From the NCBI GenBank assembly GCA_001949185.1, contig BDGG01000002.1:124001-188000 (forward strand): DNA of 64,000 nt, given 5' to 3'. Positions 36,159-50,611 of the stretch are shown piece by piece (positions within the stretch are counted from its first letter, which is position 1; the number at the start of each line of letters is the position of its first letter). Source of the DNA: Ramazzottius varieornatus (taxonomy: Eukaryota; Animalia; Tardigrada). Made by a program: the position numbers and the translations under genes. Under the pieces are notes generated by a model that saw only the letters and a list, made by a program, of their open reading frames with translations, searched no databases and had not been told where the DNA came from.

Positions 36159-38622
36159 TCACACTACAGCCGTGGAAGTTGAACACCTGGCTCTTCGCTT
36201 CGCAGTAGCCATCCACCAAGAACTTGCTAGTCTGCTTCTCATGGCCGTTACCTCGATGGTCGATATTGATGTCGAGTTAAGAGCTGTCCATTCCAACCAC
36301 TGCACATCCACCACTGACTGGGAACGGCTCTGGCCCTGGCTGGACAGAATAGCAATCTGGTCCTTCTGCAAGAAGTTGGTGCGCCAGAAGACACTGCAGA
36401 CACCGGCGATAGTAGCAGCTGAGACAAAGGGACAAAGACCATTGGTGATGGTCATGTACAGATCCTGGAACTGCTGGTAGCAAAGACGTAAGACGGTGAC
36501 GTCCATCCGGCAGTAGGTGTACATTTTCTTCTGTACATCGTATTGGTTGCTCTTTTCCCCTCGATCCTTGTGGTACCATTCCAGGAAGGCCGGCTTCTCG
36601 CCATCGGGCACGCTGTTGTAATCAAAGTCCGCCAGGGAGGGATATTCTTTCGGTTCGGTCAGGTTCCAGTCATCAGGTCGGTTCACCTGGGGGGGGGGGG
36701 AACGTGCCTTTGCTGACACCTTGCAGACAAAACGTAGCTGGCCACTTAGCCAAAGACTGTGGGTTATAGTTCAGCGAGTCCCAAAAGTGAATATGGAGCT
36801 GCTCCACGTCCAGCTGGATGATCTTGTTTCCGTTCATGATGAGCTTCGGCATGATATCATTGTTGACCAGCCACTTTAGAATGAAGTATCCATCAAAGGC
36901 CTGAAACAGAATATAGTGAAAAAGCTTCGTTCATGAGCTGTACTGATCATCAGTCAAAAAAATGACCCGCGTACCCGGATGTTGTGAGCAATGACGTAAA
37001 AGCCCTTATGTTTCTCTTGAAAGACGAAGCGACACAGATCTTCGGAGATCCGAACGGCTCATCCTCCGCTGGAAAGACTTCTTCCACTCCTCGGTCGTCC
37101 TGTAGCACAGCCATATTGGGGATAAGTCGACCGATTTCTTCATCGACAGACGTCTCGAAGTCAAAGAAGAGGAAGCGAGCTTGCTGGTGACGTTGACGAT
37201 TTGCAGTGGTGAAGTCCCTGCATAAAGCATTTGCGGCCCTTGAGTTGGTAGCTGCAACAGATGTGACAGAAGCTGTCGTTACAACGATGCATGTTGTTTG
37301 GACCACGTATCCAAGTGTTGACGGTCTTTAGGCAGTCCATGCAGCGGTACTTGTAACTTCGAGGGCTTCGCGAACTTCACCCCTGACTGGAGCTTCGGAC
37401 TTGTGGTAGTTGAAACAGTCTACACCGTTAAATTGTAGATCACACTCGGGACAGCGGATCTTATCATGTTCCTCCCGTGGACAGTTATGACGAAGACATG
37501 GACAGCGATGTTCACAACGATGCTGTCTCTGCTGGTTATACCCCTTGTCACACTTGTCACACCCTAAATTCTTCCAAAAAAGAGAAACCAACAATACGTC
37601 ACGTAGTCTAGTGAGCCAGGAAAGATAGAACAGCACTTACAGTAGGTTTTCTTGAAAAAGCCGGCCGGTGACGTCAGTAGATCAAAATGATCGTTATGAT
37701 GGTAGAGGACGCTGCGTTTGTCAGCCGGAGGCCAATTATGAACATAGCTGTTCAGGTGATTAGCACTGCAGACGCTAAGTTGGAAACCAGGAAGAACCTT
37801 CAGAGGAAAAAAAGAACGAGATAAGAAAACGATTTTTGTATCTTACGTTACAAACCACATTATTTTTGGATCGTGCAAATGTTTTAGTACGACCGACATC
37901 TTTCAAACTGTGGTCACTCGCCGCCTGGAAAGCATCAACATCAGCTATACTGTAGGCACGAACCGGAAGTCCTGCTTTCCGGATAAGTCAAACGCTGTGT
38001 TCTTTTGAAGAGCAAGTCTAGCATCCTGCATCTTCTTGTAGGTTGTTCGATCGTCGTCCAACCTGGAAATTCCCACAACAATAGCTCGAGCCATGCAGAT
38101 GTTGTCCTTGTTCTTCATAACAACAATAGTGGTGCTTTTGAACAGACGATTGAGGAGGGCGGATGGTGCATTGTCGATGGTTTCCCCGCCGGGTGGCGTG
38201 GCGTAGCTGACAATGATGTTGAACGAGTCGTCGAATTTGAAGGCTTGTTGAGAGTTCAGTACCTTCTGCACTTCCAACATCCATCTATCCAATGTCAGCT
38301 GTGATTTTAGCATGGGCGGTGTCCAGATAGGAATGTTGAGTGACTCGGTTTCGATGCGAAGACGGACGATATCCCGTTCGCCAACGTTAGCCAATACGAC
38401 ATCGATGATGTGTTGCAAGACGGACATCATGGTGGGAACAACTTCATCGAAGGGGACATCTTGCATCTCGTTGATGGTGATCTTGTATCGGTCGAAGGTA
38501 AGGCCGTACTTACCGGAGATCATCCGTCCATGAGGCGTCACGATGAGATGATCGGCGACCGGAGGAAGATCACGAAGTGCTCCCCCATACTGACCGTTCT
38601 CACCACCATCCAGTTCCATCAT
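36159..38622 (-). mobile_element. Polinton/Maverick-type protein-primed DNA polymerase B gene, 3'-truncated, frameshifted, with 3 introns
   Basis: QYGG near the start; VLNSQQAF; MKNKDNICMARAIVV; LYHHNDHFDL; YWCDKCDKGY and Cys clusters; ExoI FLFFDFET; ExoII AHNIR|AFDGYFI; FWDSLNY; ExoIII YCRMDVTVL; TIAGVC..FWR; VDGY..FHGC. Polymerase palm absent. Confidence 0.88.
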
Positions 38623-39118
38623 CTTACGAAGAGCGTCACAAAAACGGCAAGTGCGGAAAACCGGAGATCGACAAAATGACACGTTGAAACATGAAGTCGC
38701 AGCAAAAAGGGATAGACGTGAAGTGCGGATAGGATGGTGCAGAGTGCAGCTGCTTATCCGAAACCGGGACAATCTTCCGTCTGACTTGTCACTCTCGATC
38801 AGTTTCTCATTTCGAAGGCTCGAGCAGCATTTCAAGTCAAACCTCCACTCTTTCCATACACATCCATCATGAACCACAAGCCAAAAAACCAGTGCACCAG
38901 TATGGGAGACTTAGGGTGGACAGGCGGCTTTGGCGAACCAACCGAAAGTAAAGTGCGCCACTTCAGCGGGGCCGTTTCCATGGGCCTGCCATATTGGCCC
39001 CATAGACTTTTGGCGTAGCCCGTAAACTTAACATAGGACTTCGCCAAATAGCATACAGGTTTATTCTATAATCGCTGAAATTTAGACAAGGGCCAAGGTA
39101 GCTAGGGTCAGGGCAACA

Positions 39119-39780
39119 GAACTTAAGAGAATCACCAAATGGTCGGACGTGGACTTACCGCAAAGATTGTCGCCTGGAGGTAAAAGACTCGTCTCCCTCA
39201 TAAATTTTTTCATCACCAGCTTATCACTAATGTGAAAATTGCATTTACGGATTCCAGGCGAGAGAATACGAAAGCTGTGAACAATAATCGTGCACGTAAT
39301 GCGGCAGCAAATTACACAGATTGAAATGCTACCGCCGGTTCACTTTCCGACTGTAGTGACGGCCTGCTCTGTCCCTTTCGTGACGTGTAACCCCAATTTG
39401 CTCCGGAGCGCTCCTTTATTTCCAAAAAACAGCGTGACCGGATTCATGGTTAGCTAGCGTTGGGTAGCATATGTAGTGGCTGCCCAACTACACAAAGTTG
39501 TGATCAGCTGCGCCGCTTATGAGTAACGTTGCAGCTCATTTTAGTAGCTACAGCTGGACTTTCGTCCGGCCGTGGCAACTTAATCTCCAATTTGCTGCCA
39601 CATTACATGCACGATTATTGTTCACAGCTTTCGTATTCTTTCGCCTGAAATCCTTGAATGAAATTTCATTAGTGATAAGCTAGTTATCAGAAAATTTAGG
39701 AGGGACATGAGGCTTTTACCTCCAGGCGATAATCTTTGCGGTACGTCCAAGCCCGATCTTTTCATGATTTTTTCAAGTTC
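39119..39780. mobile_element. MITE/foldback element with ~195-bp TIRs
   Basis: 39119-39313 matches the reverse complement of 39588-39780 (TACCGCAAAGATT.TCGCCTGGAGGTAAAAG...GAATACGAAAGCTGTGAACAATAATCGTGCA). Confidence 0.85.
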
Positions 39781-40957
39781 CTTTGTGAACCACGGCGCCG
39801 CCATTCTGCTGTGTACACTCTAATATCAGCCAGAAATTTGAAACACTAGTGCAAGTGGTGATTCAGCAAACCATGCCTCGTACTTCTACGTTAAATGAAC
39901 TCCGTATTACTGGTGCAGAGCACGGCGGAAAGCTTTCATAGTAACATGTTGGTGAAACCTCTTCGTGAACCCGTAAGAAAAACGTTGAGAACTGCATCTT
40001 CACCCTTTTTTGGATTGGAGCGAGCGACCTTTTATGAATCGTTCGTAATGTACAGCCAGGGACCGTTGAAATTAATTGTCACTCCGGAAATCATCGGACA
40101 TTTTGTTAAGGTTGTGACTGCCGGAACGGGTGGCGCATTGTGAAAAACCCTCGAGCTTGATGTTATGTCGGAAGCTACTCGGTCACCATCCTTCAACTTC
40201 TCGGCCTACGTTGTGTGTTGTGTACTGTGAGGGACCATCACAGTCCATGAGACCAGCCTGCTAGGATTGTTGGTTTAGCAATAAAATGTGAACCACAATG
40301 AAACTAATTGTAGAATTGTTAACACCTTGAGCACCAGGCGGGAAAGCCGCTTTCCTGGTGCACGCCAATTTGTATGTAGCGGAATTCCAGTTCAGCTTTT
40401 GCTGCTCAGTTTTTCTCGTTTGCCTGAAGAACCAACTTCTCTTCGAGCTGCAACTAACGGCCACTGGTCGATAGCTCTGCAAAACTGTCTGGATTTTTTC
40501 CGTTCTTAATGAAACTTCGTCGTAGCCAGCCAATCTTTTTCCCAGCCAAGTTGTCGGTTGGTTCAGAGTCCACAAAAAAATTTTAGCTTGAGACCAAAAA
40601 TTTTTGCATCTTGCGAGAGTTTTGGATCCGTGAAAAGATCTGCTCAGTGGTCAAGATAAAATCATGAAGGTTGGCTGTTCTGACTTAGTAGGTGGCGCAC
40701 TTTACAGCATGTTCCCAAATTTTAGCCGATCGAGTAGGTTATGGCTGGCCCAATTTGGAGCCGCCCCCTAGTTTTGACCGGGTAAAAAGAGACGAAAGTG
40801 ACTTTCCCACCTCGTATTCTTAAAGCATGAAATCCCGTGGTGCTCAAGGTGTTGAGGACACGAAGCCGGCTTACAGTAAAGCGCACTTGAAACCAATTAG
40901 CAAAGCTCGGTAGATTTAGAAGGATAAAACTCGATGAATGTGCAGGGACCTTTTGCT

Positions 40958-41933
<976 letters not shown>

Positions 41934-42036
41934 CTGAATACAAAGCAGAGAATGCGTCCCTACCCATCTTTCCATTTAGAAATTTTTGTACGGTATCCAG
42001 GTGGAAGTACGGTTCTACGACGGCGCATGGTACAAC

Positions 42037-42532
42037 ATATGCGCTTCGGCGACCCAATTTCCGGACCATTGTTTCGTCTCCAAAGAACCCTTTTTTGACA
42101 CGAAGTCTGAGAGAATATTCAGGGACTTCGGATGGTAACTTTGCCTTACCTCGCCGTGGCTCAAAGTCTCAAAAAACTGTTCGCCATTTTGGGATGATAT
42201 CGCAGAAAACTTCATGGGCGATTAACCTTCAAAACATCCCGTGGAGTTTGGTGTCAAAACGATTGCAGGTGTAGTCATATGCTGTGTGACGTCATTGTTA
42301 TGTCACAATTTTTCGGACAAAAATTCGAACCCCTTTGGATCTTCCTGACGTGGCCATTTGACCATTGGTCAAAAATCAGATCTTACTTCAGATTCGTGTT
42401 CCTCGATGTCTGTTTCGTGTTACCCCATCAGCAGCTACAAAAAGCTCCTGGGGTGCCAAAACTTCAAAACCGTTTCCTGAACAATCGTGTTATTAGTCAA
42501 TGTTCCGGAAATTGGGTTGCCGAAACCCATAT
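42037..42532. mobile_element. MITE with ~35-bp TIRs
   Basis: ATATGCGCTTCGGCGACCCAATTTCCGGACCATTG (42037-42071) vs CAATGTTCCGGAAATTGGGTTGCCGAAACCCATAT (42498-42532). Confidence 0.65.
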
Positions 42533-43224
42533 CTCTGGGTAAGGGCAGCTGGTACCACAGAAGTTTGACCTGCCGATAACGACATTGTCTGCTTTTGTAT
42601 GTAGGAGCGAATTGGATATTAGAAAATACGCGAGAGATTGGAAAGCTTGTTTCTTTTCTTGAAACGTTTTACTCGAAAGATATCCCTTCCGAAGGCGGAA
42701 GTTGAAAGTTAGCGACAAAGTGCTGAGGAAGCTTTTTAAATTCGATCCTCCCCAAATTATTGCAGATCTCCTACGACACTTTGGGGTATTTGTCTGAATC
42801 ATCACTGGGGGAAACAACAACATTACGAAAGTAAGTACCCCTTCACCTTGCGCACCTTCAGCAAAATGCAGATTTCTCCCTTTTTTTATCCCTCGTTGCG
42901 AATAGAAACGTACGGGACCTCATACTGCAGCACGACTATTGACAAGAGACAGACTCTTCAGGATGTTTCAAGTGAAAATCGGTCTGCTGAGACAGAGCGG
43001 AAGCACCACCGAAAATTTTGAATCATCAGCGAGACCAAAAGAAGACTACGGTGACTTTCTGGTGGCCATCTTGCGGTCCTGACCGTCATGAGTCTGTACT
43101 ACCCGGCAAGGCGATATCGGCGGACCGAACCTCAGTGCAATATGGGCGACCATCACCGCCGTAAGTCGTTTCTCAGTTTAATAGGTGTTTCTGGCCAGAT
43201 CAACATTTGCTTGATTTTATCATC

Positions 43225-45424
43225 TTATATATAAGGAAATGGTCCTGGACAAACTAGCGCCCAAATCTTGCCGACCTTGGCCAAAAGCAACATGCAAAAC
43301 AAATAAACGACAAGAAAATGTAATGCCGAGAGGGAAACTGCAGAATTGCACAAGTCTTTGGTACAAAAGCATATAGTACCGTCGATGGTGCGATGACACC
43401 CTGGCATGGTGACGCCCGGCAAGCCGCAACTCCTGAGGAATTGCTTGCTTTTTGAGACTTGTTTCAAACAGCTGCCGATTTGTGAGTTTCGAGTGACGCA
43501 AGACACCACTCGCACCTTCTCGTCAATTCTGCAAAGATGTTCAATCATACTACTTTCACAGTTTCAGTACGTACGAGGAGCGAGGTCTTACTTTGCTCAG
43601 CGTACAACGTTGCTCGTTGACGTCACGCCGACGTCACAAAGCCTAAGAAGCCTGCACATACTTCGTGGCGTATGGTGAGCAAAGCCGTACGTCGAGCAAA
43701 TTGAGACCTTGCTCCTGTTATTCAATAAACGACAAGCTCGTTTCCCCCGAACCGTCGCATACTTCTAGCCAGTACCACTCAGAACGTGCGCCACTTGGGA
43801 AAACAAACACACTCGGCAAGATGGTACTGACAACCGGTGGACGCTTTCAGTCAGTGTTACTGTAAAAGTGCGCCACTTGGGGGAATAGTCTGGTTAAGGT
43901 TGTTTGTGGAGCTGTCATCTACCGCGTACCCGTAATGACACCGTATGGGATGTCCTTCTTCGAGCAGCTCCAGTGTTAAAGCCTTGGCCATCTGCGTATG
44001 ATCACCGCGCTTCTTCTTAGCCTTTGCATCAGAGGCAAGTTCTAACAAGAGCATCCTGGCTGTGTCCAGCGCTGTCGCACTAATGTTGGACGTTTCCAGC
44101 TCCAGCGGCAGGAAATCCTTCTCCATTCCACGTGTTATGACAGGAGTGCCAAACATGCCGACCAGTAATGCCTGCCTAGCACGAATCATCTCGGCTATGC
44201 GAACAGGCTGGATTTTTGAGACACCCGGCATGTTGTTGGGGATCCACATGTTGACTTCCCTCGTACTGGGCGGCGGTACCCGACGTTTATGCTTATGCTT
44301 CTTTTTTGATTTCTTTTGTTTCTCAATTGTTGAGCCACCTTCGGACACAGGTTGTCCTTGCACTTGAGCTTTAGCTGGCTGAGGCAGCTGTTGCTGCAGG
44401 GGTTGCGCGGCTTGGTTTGACGAAGCAGACGAAGCAGGCTTGGCGTCGAGATCGTGGTAATCGTAGGCAGAGTACGGAGAATCGTAAAGGTCGAAAAGTT
44501 TATTTGAACGCCGCTTGTGACCTTTAGACGTTGCGGCTGTGATGGTTGTGCCGACAGGCGGAGCTTGACCGATAGGTGGCGCTATGTGAATTTCGCAGAG
44601 GAAGTTGCGCTTCTCGCTGTTGCATCCCACGCTGTTGAGCCGTACCTCTGAACTGTTTTCCGGAAAATCCACGTAAGTACTACAAGAAACAACGCGAAGT
44701 GCAAAAGAAGTTTTTCCGGGATAAAGCTGTTGTTTAATTTTACAAACACATAGTACTACCAAGTATTCTCTAAAAAGTTTTCGGATTGCACGATTCTATA
44801 GCACGTTGAACAGTCTGCGACTAATACCCGTAAGAGTTCGAAGAGAAGCGCGTACTCGTCTCAAATTCTGGACTGCATGCTGGTATCGCTCAGCATACAT
44901 ACAAGTATCTTACTGATAGGTCCAAAGACTGAAAGTAATTACCAGATACTTTGGACGTCAAAAATGCTAGCAGGCGATGCCGATTGCTGTGGGAGAGCCA
45001 GCGTGCTTTTGGCTACCCATGCCGAGCTGACGCCCAACTGCGTAGCTCGTTGGCGCAGAAAGAGCAGCGTTGTGGAGGTTGTGTCCTGCTTGTCGATGAA
45101 GAGCAGCTTGCCGCCCTCTCTGGTGCACGAGTTGTTGGCCTCCGTCCACGTCTGCGTGTTCTCCAGAGGAGCGCCTACTTGGAAGCCGTAACAGCTCTGA
45201 CCGTTGGGCAACAAGATGAAGCCGTTGGGGCAGCTGGTCGGTAACTTGGGCAAGGGGATATCGTATGTACTGGCTGTCGTACTTGTGGCAAGACAGAAAA
45301 AAACAAGCAGAATGACCAAGTCGACTGTCGCTGCTAGATGCACTTCAAACCACTTTTGACGCAAATTTATTCCAACAATTTGTGCCTTTCTCACTTTGCA
45401 ATTGCCTCCACGGAATATCTTCAT
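43225..45424 (-). CDS. C-type lectin + unknown domain + Ly6/three-finger surface protein (paralog 2)
   Basis: CPNGF..QSCYGF..TWTEANNSC...KLL; same two phase-2 intron positions as paralog 1; KQKKSKKKHKHKRR patch; IRCHYG...CFCTKDLCN and hydrophobic tail. Start codon uncertain. Confidence 0.8.
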
Positions 45425-45766
45425 TGCTGTCGCAGTCAATTAATATGGTCAAGAAAAACATGCTGCCACTCGAGACGGCTTCCCCATCGTCGTCCCTGCT
45501 GAAACTTCTCGATGCATCTTATTTGCTTCAAATTGTGCGTTGCTCAGCAGTGTATCACCAAACCCAAATCCAATAATTTGAAATCTAAAGAAAGTAAGCT
45601 TGCATGAAAAAGTTCTGCGAGAAAACGAACACGTACAGTAAAATAACTAGAGAAACTGTCGCTCGAGCAAGTGTGTTCCCTGTCCAGTACAAAGCACTTT
45701 TATGGTTGTGAGCAAAATCTGTACAAATCTCGGTGAAAAGTTTCAAGCCCAGAGTGGCGTGAATTT

Positions 45767-48040
45767 CTAGCTGGTGTCTTGGGCGATTGATAGTTGGTCG
45801 TCGGTAGCGCCGCCTTTGGTAAAGATGGGCTTGGACGGTGGCCAGAAGATCATTTCCAGCTCCTTGACGTCTTCCTCCGTCAGCGGCTGACCCAGCTTGT
45901 GAACACTGCGCTGTGACATGCAAGAACTGCCACGCCGCAGGCTACTTCGCTTCCCCAGAGTATCATGCGTGTTGGAAAGACTTATCATCCCATTCACAGA
46001 GATGGAATCCATGTCCCCTCGACAAGGCTTCACTGCGTAGAGGAACAGCTTCCTGTAGGCAGCTTGGAAGACAGGATTCCAAGCGTAAACTGCGGGGGAA
46101 AAAGCCACGCTAATAAGGACAGAACTTTCCATGTTTGGATTCTAATGAGACCTAGGCCAACCATCTCGACAATATCGACTTTCCAAGTGGCGCACTCTTG
46201 TAGCCAAGAACACTGTAAGCGTGCGCTACCTGGGAACACAATCTTGTCAAATTTGTTTGCCGGGCACCTCATTAACGCGAATGTTAGAGCTTGAACTTAC
46301 TGATAGGGTTCAAACTGGAGTTGCAGTATCCTAGCCAGGTGATTAGCTGTCAAGGAAAAAGGCACAGGGTATCATTTAGGAAGACTCATTGTCTGACCGA
46401 TTGTCTCCATTGCGTTTGGCATAGGCTTACCGAGCGTAAGGGTTGAGTGACATATCCAGGTGGCAGGAAGGCATCGAGCCAGTACACGATGAAGAAAGGC
46501 CACCAGCAGCAGAAGAACATGCCAAAGACAATACCCAACGTTTTTGTAGCTTTCAGATCACGCAAATGCGAGGTATGCGCTTTTTGTGGGTGGTGGTGGT
46601 GCTCTGAATGAGCATTGGGTATTTGCAGCAGGCTCTTCGAGGCCGGGTCCGCTCGTTGAGCGTCACGAAGCGAGCGAATCTGCTGGTTGTTCTGCTGAAC
46701 CTTCTGCCAAGCTATGGAAAGAATCCTGCTGTAACAGAAAGCCATTCCCAATAAAGGGATGTAGAAAGATATGGAAGCCGAGACGATGGCGTAAGAGGGG
46801 TTGGTGTCCAGAAAGCATTGGTGAAGGTGGGCGATCAGGTCGGAGCGGGTGAACCAACCCATAAAGATGGGCAGGAAGGAGATCAAGGCGCTGTTGATCC
46901 AGATGCATATTATTAGGAGGAGGACACGGACCAGACTCATGCGGTTGGTGTAGTTAAAGGGATCCGTGATGGCCACGTAACGGTCCCAGGCGATGGCGCA
47001 GAGGTGCTGCAGACTGGCCGTGCAACACATCACGTCCCAGCTCATCCAGAACAAACAAAAGGTCCGACCTTGACCCCAAGAGCCCGTCACGTCGTAGATC
47101 AGGGCAAAGGGCATTACCAAAACCTGAAACCACCAATCCCAACGTCATAGCTATAAACTCCTTGGCTCGCTGAGGTACTCGCTAGGGCAACAATCACGGC
47201 AAAACTGTCTTCTCAAGTGCCGCACTCTCTCAGTCTTAGTAACAAGTACCGTGCTCCACTTGAAAAGCGATCTTGTCAGATTCAATTCTTTTCCCGAGTG
47301 GCGCACGTCTCCGAAGTTTTCGCTTGTAAGCTTGCGCCACTCTTAAAAGAAACACGACCTTGTGCAGCTTGTTTACGTATGTCGCAAATTTGCTCGCGAA
47401 ACTGGAGCTGAATTTACTAGTTGTAAGTGGTGTTGTGCAACACATAGCTCGTAAAATGTGGTGTCGTAAAAAGGCGCCGAGAATCATAATGCAAGAAAAC
47501 ACCCAATCAAGCGCTCAGGGTTAAAAAACCAAACACTACCGAATTGATTTGTTCAAGAAATAGATCGAAGCGTCATCATCACGTGCAAAGACTTTTCGAT
47601 AACTGTTTTTCTCCGGGAAACTCGGGAATAAAGTAGCATTGGTACATGTGCTACTGTACTAGATATACCGGATTTATTTGGGAACTTCATATGTAAAATT
47701 CACAAAATTGTCTTCCCAAGTGGCGCACGGTGTAAGTGTTAATGGCTGGAAGCGGGAGCCACCTGGAAGACTGATCTTGTCACTTCTGCTTGGCGGAATC
47801 GTCCGTTTCACTTTCACTTACGGTGACGGTCAGGTCCGCCGCTGCCAATGACATCAACAGATAATGGGTGATAGTCCGTAGTTGTCTGAAAAGGCAAACC
47901 ACAGCAATCACGGCCATGTTCCCAAGCAAAGACAGGGCAATGATAACGATGTAAGAAAATCCCAATGACCACTGCAAGAACGGATGATGGCATATCTGTA
48001 TCGAGTCCGTTGTATTGCTCCGCGGATAATGCTCCATCAT
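45767..48040 (-). CDS. Biogenic amine GPCR (D1-like dopamine / beta-octopamine type)
   Basis: GN (TM1), SLAAADL, DVMCCTAS (Asp3.32), DRY, ISFLPIFMGW, YAIVSASISFYIP, KATKTLGIVFG..CWWPFF, TWLGYCNSSLNPI|.YA. Confidence 0.92.
47215..47342. repeat. Tandem pair of the N25 inverted motif (GPCR intron)
   Basis: Units at 47215 and 47296, spacer 25, period 81. Confidence 0.85.
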
Positions 48041-48482
48041 GCGTCGAACCTCCGAGATTTTACACGGCTCAAAGCTGATCCCTCGACAAAATTTCCTGGC
48101 TTAGTTAGCGTTCATCTATCAAAGCATGGTCTCCGTACACGAAACTCGAGGCATCAACCACATGACAGCTGCATGTCACAAGCGGGGAAATAACTGCGGC
48201 ATGCACGACAAAGATTTCGTTCATTAAGGCGGCAAAACGATGGTGCACTTTGCCAAAACTCATTTTGGCTAATTGATCTACGAGGCTAGAAGAAAACGGC
48301 TGCCATCTTTGACGATCGGAAAAGATACAGTAGCAATTAATGAGTGACGGGCAACCAGTTCACATACTGCGGCACTTGTAATTCGAGGTCCGACATAAAA
48401 AGATCACACTTGAAAATGCCAGACAGGGAATACTTCAATTGAGCTGGCGGAGGAATGTTGGCCGGATTACACAACGGCTATA

Positions 48483-50085
48483 CTGTATTCCCCCGATATC
48501 TTCGCGAAGCTACGTCACACTTCAGGAATTTCGACCACCAGGGGGCAGATTTACCCAATTTCAGTTAATCAACAATCACTCTAGAAGCTGTATTCCAGAG
48601 AAGAGTCATCTGCCGCTTCTTCATCAGAGCCTTCCTCGACAGAGCTAAAGCTATACTCTAAAATGTTTCTTTCGTCTTCTTCAGGAAAGCCTTGGCAAGC
48701 CAACTCGTACGTAGGTTCTGGAAAAATTTGAGCTCCTACGAAGGCTTTCTCGAGCGTTTCAGGGGTAATTTCACTCCAAGCTTCGGAAACGAAGTTTATG
48801 AAGGCCTGTCGAGATGGTTTTTCGAATATCATTTGCTTGTCACATCAGTCCTGACTTTCCTCCATTCTTGATACGCCTTCTTCATCTGCCTTGAAGGGCG
48901 CATTAACACCAACGTCAAGTTGTTGATACTTGTCAGTTAGCCCCTTCGGAATTAAGACTTAGTGCACTTTCATTTCTTCCAAAAGCTCGGCGCTTTCGAA
49001 CTTCAGATGTCCAGGAAAGTGAAGGACCAAGAATTCCGGGTCTTTACCATCGAACAGATCGTCGATCCATTCCAAATATAGACGAGAGTTCCACCACGCT
49101 GTTCGTGTACTGTACACGATAACGTTGTCCGGTATTCCTAACTTGTTTACGATCCTTCCCGACAACTTTCCGGTCTTTGCTCCCCCTTTGACGACTATAG
49201 CAGCAGGAAACTTTTGCCCATCGCCAGTTACATGGCCATGGTAGCGTGACAATTTTTTCATTGCGTTCCATGAACTCGTGCTCCTCTTTCTGTCAAAAGA
49301 AATACCGGTTCAGCGTATGACAAATCTTTCAAGCAGGGCTGAGAGGAAACACTAAGAATTCTGGGCGGAAAATCAGAAGCTGTCTTATCACATCTTGAGC
49401 CGAGGGTTTGGTCTTTCTTCCCACTTTTGTTGTTGCTCTGTAAGCCAAACCGTTCTTCTTCTTCATTCGATAAAGCCATCCGTTGGAGGTTTTAAAGTCG
49501 TTCAAGTTGAGGGATTTTGCAGACTACACTGCTCAGATACGAATGCCGGTGTCGCGGACCGGAAGCCCAATGTTTCTTGTCCTTAAAAACTTCGTGCAAA
49601 CCCGTCTCTCAACGTCCTTTCTTCGGACTGGCTTTCTTCGGCTTTTGCACGTGCCTTCCGGTAGCTTTCTCCTGTAAAGCGTAAAGATCAGACTGGGGTC
49701 TTTGTTAAGGATTCTGAGTTAAGGATTCTGATTGTGTTACCTCCATCCTCTTATCGTCGATTCAGGAATTGTGACCAGTTTCGCGTACGCATTCACCGAC
49801 TTCCCACTCTGTTCCTGTCCGCGCAAATTCCTCAGTGCTTCGCTGAGTCTGTACACAGCATGTGGTCTCCCCATCTCTAGCGTTCAAGATCAAAACACCA
49901 GAGCCCACACAAAATCTCTCACTGGTATCTTCTTCGTCCGAAAACTTGTTGGGAAACTCATTCATCAGTTTCTCGCGAAAAGGCTGATCAAACAATCAGT
50001 TGTATGGCCAAGGCGGTCCGTTTTTGCTTGCGGGCAGTCTGTACGTACATGTGACGCACTTCGCGAAGATATCGGGGGAATACAG
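48483..50085 (-). mobile_element. pogo-type Tc1/mariner DNA transposon, internally decayed
   Basis: Perfect 27-bp TIR CTGTATTCCCCCGATATCTTCGCGAAG with TA TSDs (48481-2, 50086-7); DDE_1 fragments GDGQKFPAAIVVKG, AWWNSRLYLEWI, IPKGLTDKYQQLDVGVNAPFK with stops and frameshifts. Confidence 0.92.
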
Positions 50086-50482
50086 TACAAGCTTCGCCTT
50101 AAAGCTGGGACAGAGCTGGCGTTAATCAGTGAATCTTTCCCAACAATCATTCCGGCGCATGTCAAGTCCACATCTCGTGCAGAGGATGCAATGCAGTGAT
50201 CCATCCATGAAATCAATGCTTAACGTTGCGCGCCCGACCAAATATTCTAACAGGGATCCCTAATAATCCGCAAGCTTCCGCCTCATATCCTCTCGACGTC
50301 ACCCAGATGCGGAAAAGCACTCCTTCTAAGTTGTTTGGCCTTTCCGCTGCCGGAGATAAGCCGCCTCCGGATGAACACGCCATGGCATCCCTAACCTGCA
50401 CGTATCTATTGATGTAACACAAGCCATTCTTCGGTAGTTGACATGCGACCTCGCCGAAAAGACTTGACAAGATTATTCTCTC

Positions 50483-50611
50483 AAGCGGCGCACTCTCCTG
50501 GTGTTATTGGTAGGTATTGTGCGTCACTTGACAAAGCGATTATGACGAGTTCGACTCATTTCCCAATTGGCGTACTCTCCCGGTGCTGTTAGGTGGACGA
50601 ATGCGCCACTT
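50483..50611. repeat. Tandem pair of the N25 inverted motif (upstream of GPCR)
   Basis: Units at 50483 and 50565, spacer 25, period 82. Confidence 0.85.
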
